DNA of 51,136 nucleotides from Neolecta irregularis DAH-3 (Eukaryota), in assembly GCA_001929475.1 (NCBI GenBank), contig LXFE01004208.1, positions 1 through 51,136 of the forward strand. The letters run 5' to 3'. Position 1 is the stretch's first letter. Each line of letters starts with the position of its first letter. The translations under genes and the position numbers were made by a program. Below are positions 50,492 through 51,136 of this stretch, one piece after another. A model generated the notes under the pieces. That model did not search any database and was not told where the DNA came from. It saw only the letters and a list, made by a program, of their open reading frames with translations.

Positions 50492-50653
50492 TGTTATAAC
50501 TACTGGCAGGACTTTGAGCAGAAAATTGGAACAAGACCGGTGTAAATCGGAAATTTGAAACAGTATCACGTGAATTATATATGTAACACCTGCTAAAATC
50601 AGGCCAAAGATTGAGTTTCGAGTCGTTAGCAGGGAAATAACAGACTAAACGCG

Positions 50654-51136
50654 CTATTTATACATATGATGAGTCGGATGAGCGATATCACTCTGTAAAG
50701 AAAACGAATGCTCGAGCTTTATATCAGCCTGCAAGGTCAATGGATACGTCAGAAGCTTCGTCAAGGTACGCAAACAAGGACTCAGAACATACAGATGCAT
50801 TGAGACGGAAATGCTATTGTAGTGCGATGACTGCCAATTCTTATCACAGAGAAAAATATGAAGTATATCTTCAACTATCATCTGTGGGGACTTAATCATG
50901 CCCCACGACGAGACAGCACCGGCGCCCCTCATCGCAAACTTGTACATGTTGAACATTTGCAAATTTACATAAAAAAGGGTACCTGAGCGGCAAGAAATGC
51001 CCATTGTTGATGGTGCTCCTATTCAACCATATTCGTTATCACAAACTTTTGAAATTCGAGTTTGTTTGAATGTGAGTACTTGACCAGTTTGGTCTACACT
51101 CCGCTGAGTCTTAAGGTCGTAGAATGGGGAATGGTT
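50654..51136 (-). CDS. 3' end of an unidentified spliced gene extending past the window
   Basis: Two plausible GT-AG introns join NHSPFYDLK...|EHHQQWAFLAAQ|FAMRGAGAVSSWG...; family not recognised. Confidence 0.4.

Noticed and set aside
1-51136. Many overlapping and antisense ORFs in the ORF track; tRNA, rRNA or CRISPR features
   Set aside because: The extra ORFs are shadows of spliced genes, and no tRNA, rRNA or repeat-spacer array was recognised.

Overview
Compact, intron-rich fungal genomic DNA (introns mostly ~31-45 nt). The alpha-1,3-glucan synthase, POLD4/Cdm1 and tiny introns suggest an early-diverging ascomycete such as Neolecta (Taphrinomycotina); this is an inference. About 20 spliced genes were reconstructed by hand. 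They are a DIM-2-type DNA methyltransferase, RMI1, an ECM13-like protein, a GH71 alpha-1,3-glucanase divergent from an alpha-1,3-glucan synthase, an ankyrin-tailed asparaginase, Msn5/exportin-5, a small Ser/Thr-rich protein, a mitochondrial carrier, a P450, Rba50/RPAP1, POLD4, a PRPP synthetase, Dbp7, three tandem amino-acid permeases and a CARM1-like arginine methyltransferase. The most unusual item, invisible in the ORF track, is a ~880 bp element at 5444-6327. It has ~110 bp terminal inverted repeats enclosing fragments of two unrelated host genes (VIT1/CCC1 and the queuosine salvage hydrolase QNG1, with an intron retained) plus a (TAACCC)3 tract, i.e. a Pack-MULE-like gene-capturing transposon. 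Other notable signals are at least five GC-AG introns and two GAG acceptors, intron gain/loss among the permease paralogs, and a 14-bp gap between dbp7 and prs. Gene identities come from motif recognition, not database searches.
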